A DNA stretch of 63,502 bases, counting the filler, from Collodictyon triciliatum (taxonomy: Eukaryota): the NCBI GenBank assembly GCA_043381765.1. It is 27 parts of 27 records of this genome, joined end to end, with 100 filler letters (N's around TTAATTAATTAA, not from the genome) between each part and the next. Parts side by side here need not be neighbours in the genome. Positions count along the whole stretch, not along the records: positions 61,253 to 63,502 come from JBHJMP010009210.1; 26 more parts are not named here. One strand, 5' to 3'. The translations under genes were made by a program, and so were the position numbers. Of the stretch, positions 63,341 through 63,502 are shown piece after piece. Position 1 is the first letter of the stretch, and each line of letters opens with the position of its first letter. The notes beneath the pieces are model-generated. The model searched no databases, was not told the origin of the DNA, and saw only the letters and a program-made list of their open reading frames with translations.

Positions 63341-63502
63341 TAAAGTCCTCTTTTTTCTTTTTTTCTTTTCTTTTCCTTTCCTTTCCTTTCTTCTCTTTTC
63401 TATTTTTCTATTCTATTCTATTCTATTCTATTCTATTCTATTCTATTCTATTCTATTCTATTCTATTCTATTCTATTCTATTCTATTCTATTCTATTCTA
63501 TT

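Overview
The window is not contiguous genome. It is 27 unrelated contigs of about 2.25 kb from an intron-rich, microsatellite-rich eukaryote (probably a protist), joined by an artificial N44-TTAATTAATTAA-N44 linker, so adjacency across linkers has no biological meaning. Recognisable host gene fragments are VTA1, a paxillin-like LIM protein, XPG/RAD2, SIRT4, an anoctamin, an ammonium transporter, and ankyrin, kelch, WD40, NHL, LRR and REJ/GAIN proteins. Mobile DNA includes the 5' part of a degenerate L1/Tx1-type LINE, a dispersed A-tailed ~310-nt repeat, and a Polinton/virophage-like contig with an intact rve integrase next to TTAGGG repeats. The main result is two diverged, disrupted copies of a Fanzor1 (eukaryotic TnpB-like RNA-guided nuclease) element. 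The copies share a ~115-nt structured non-coding 3' region, a candidate omegaRNA, which ends sharply at a hairpin plus CTAG (Helitron-like). Both are fused upstream to the same A-tailed repeat. Also notable are an ammonium transporter with an N-terminal EGF-like domain, an LRR gene built from 66-nt one-repeat exons with retroelement remnants in two introns, and a WD40 array with a predicted signal peptide. All calls come from manual reading and motif recognition; no searches were run.
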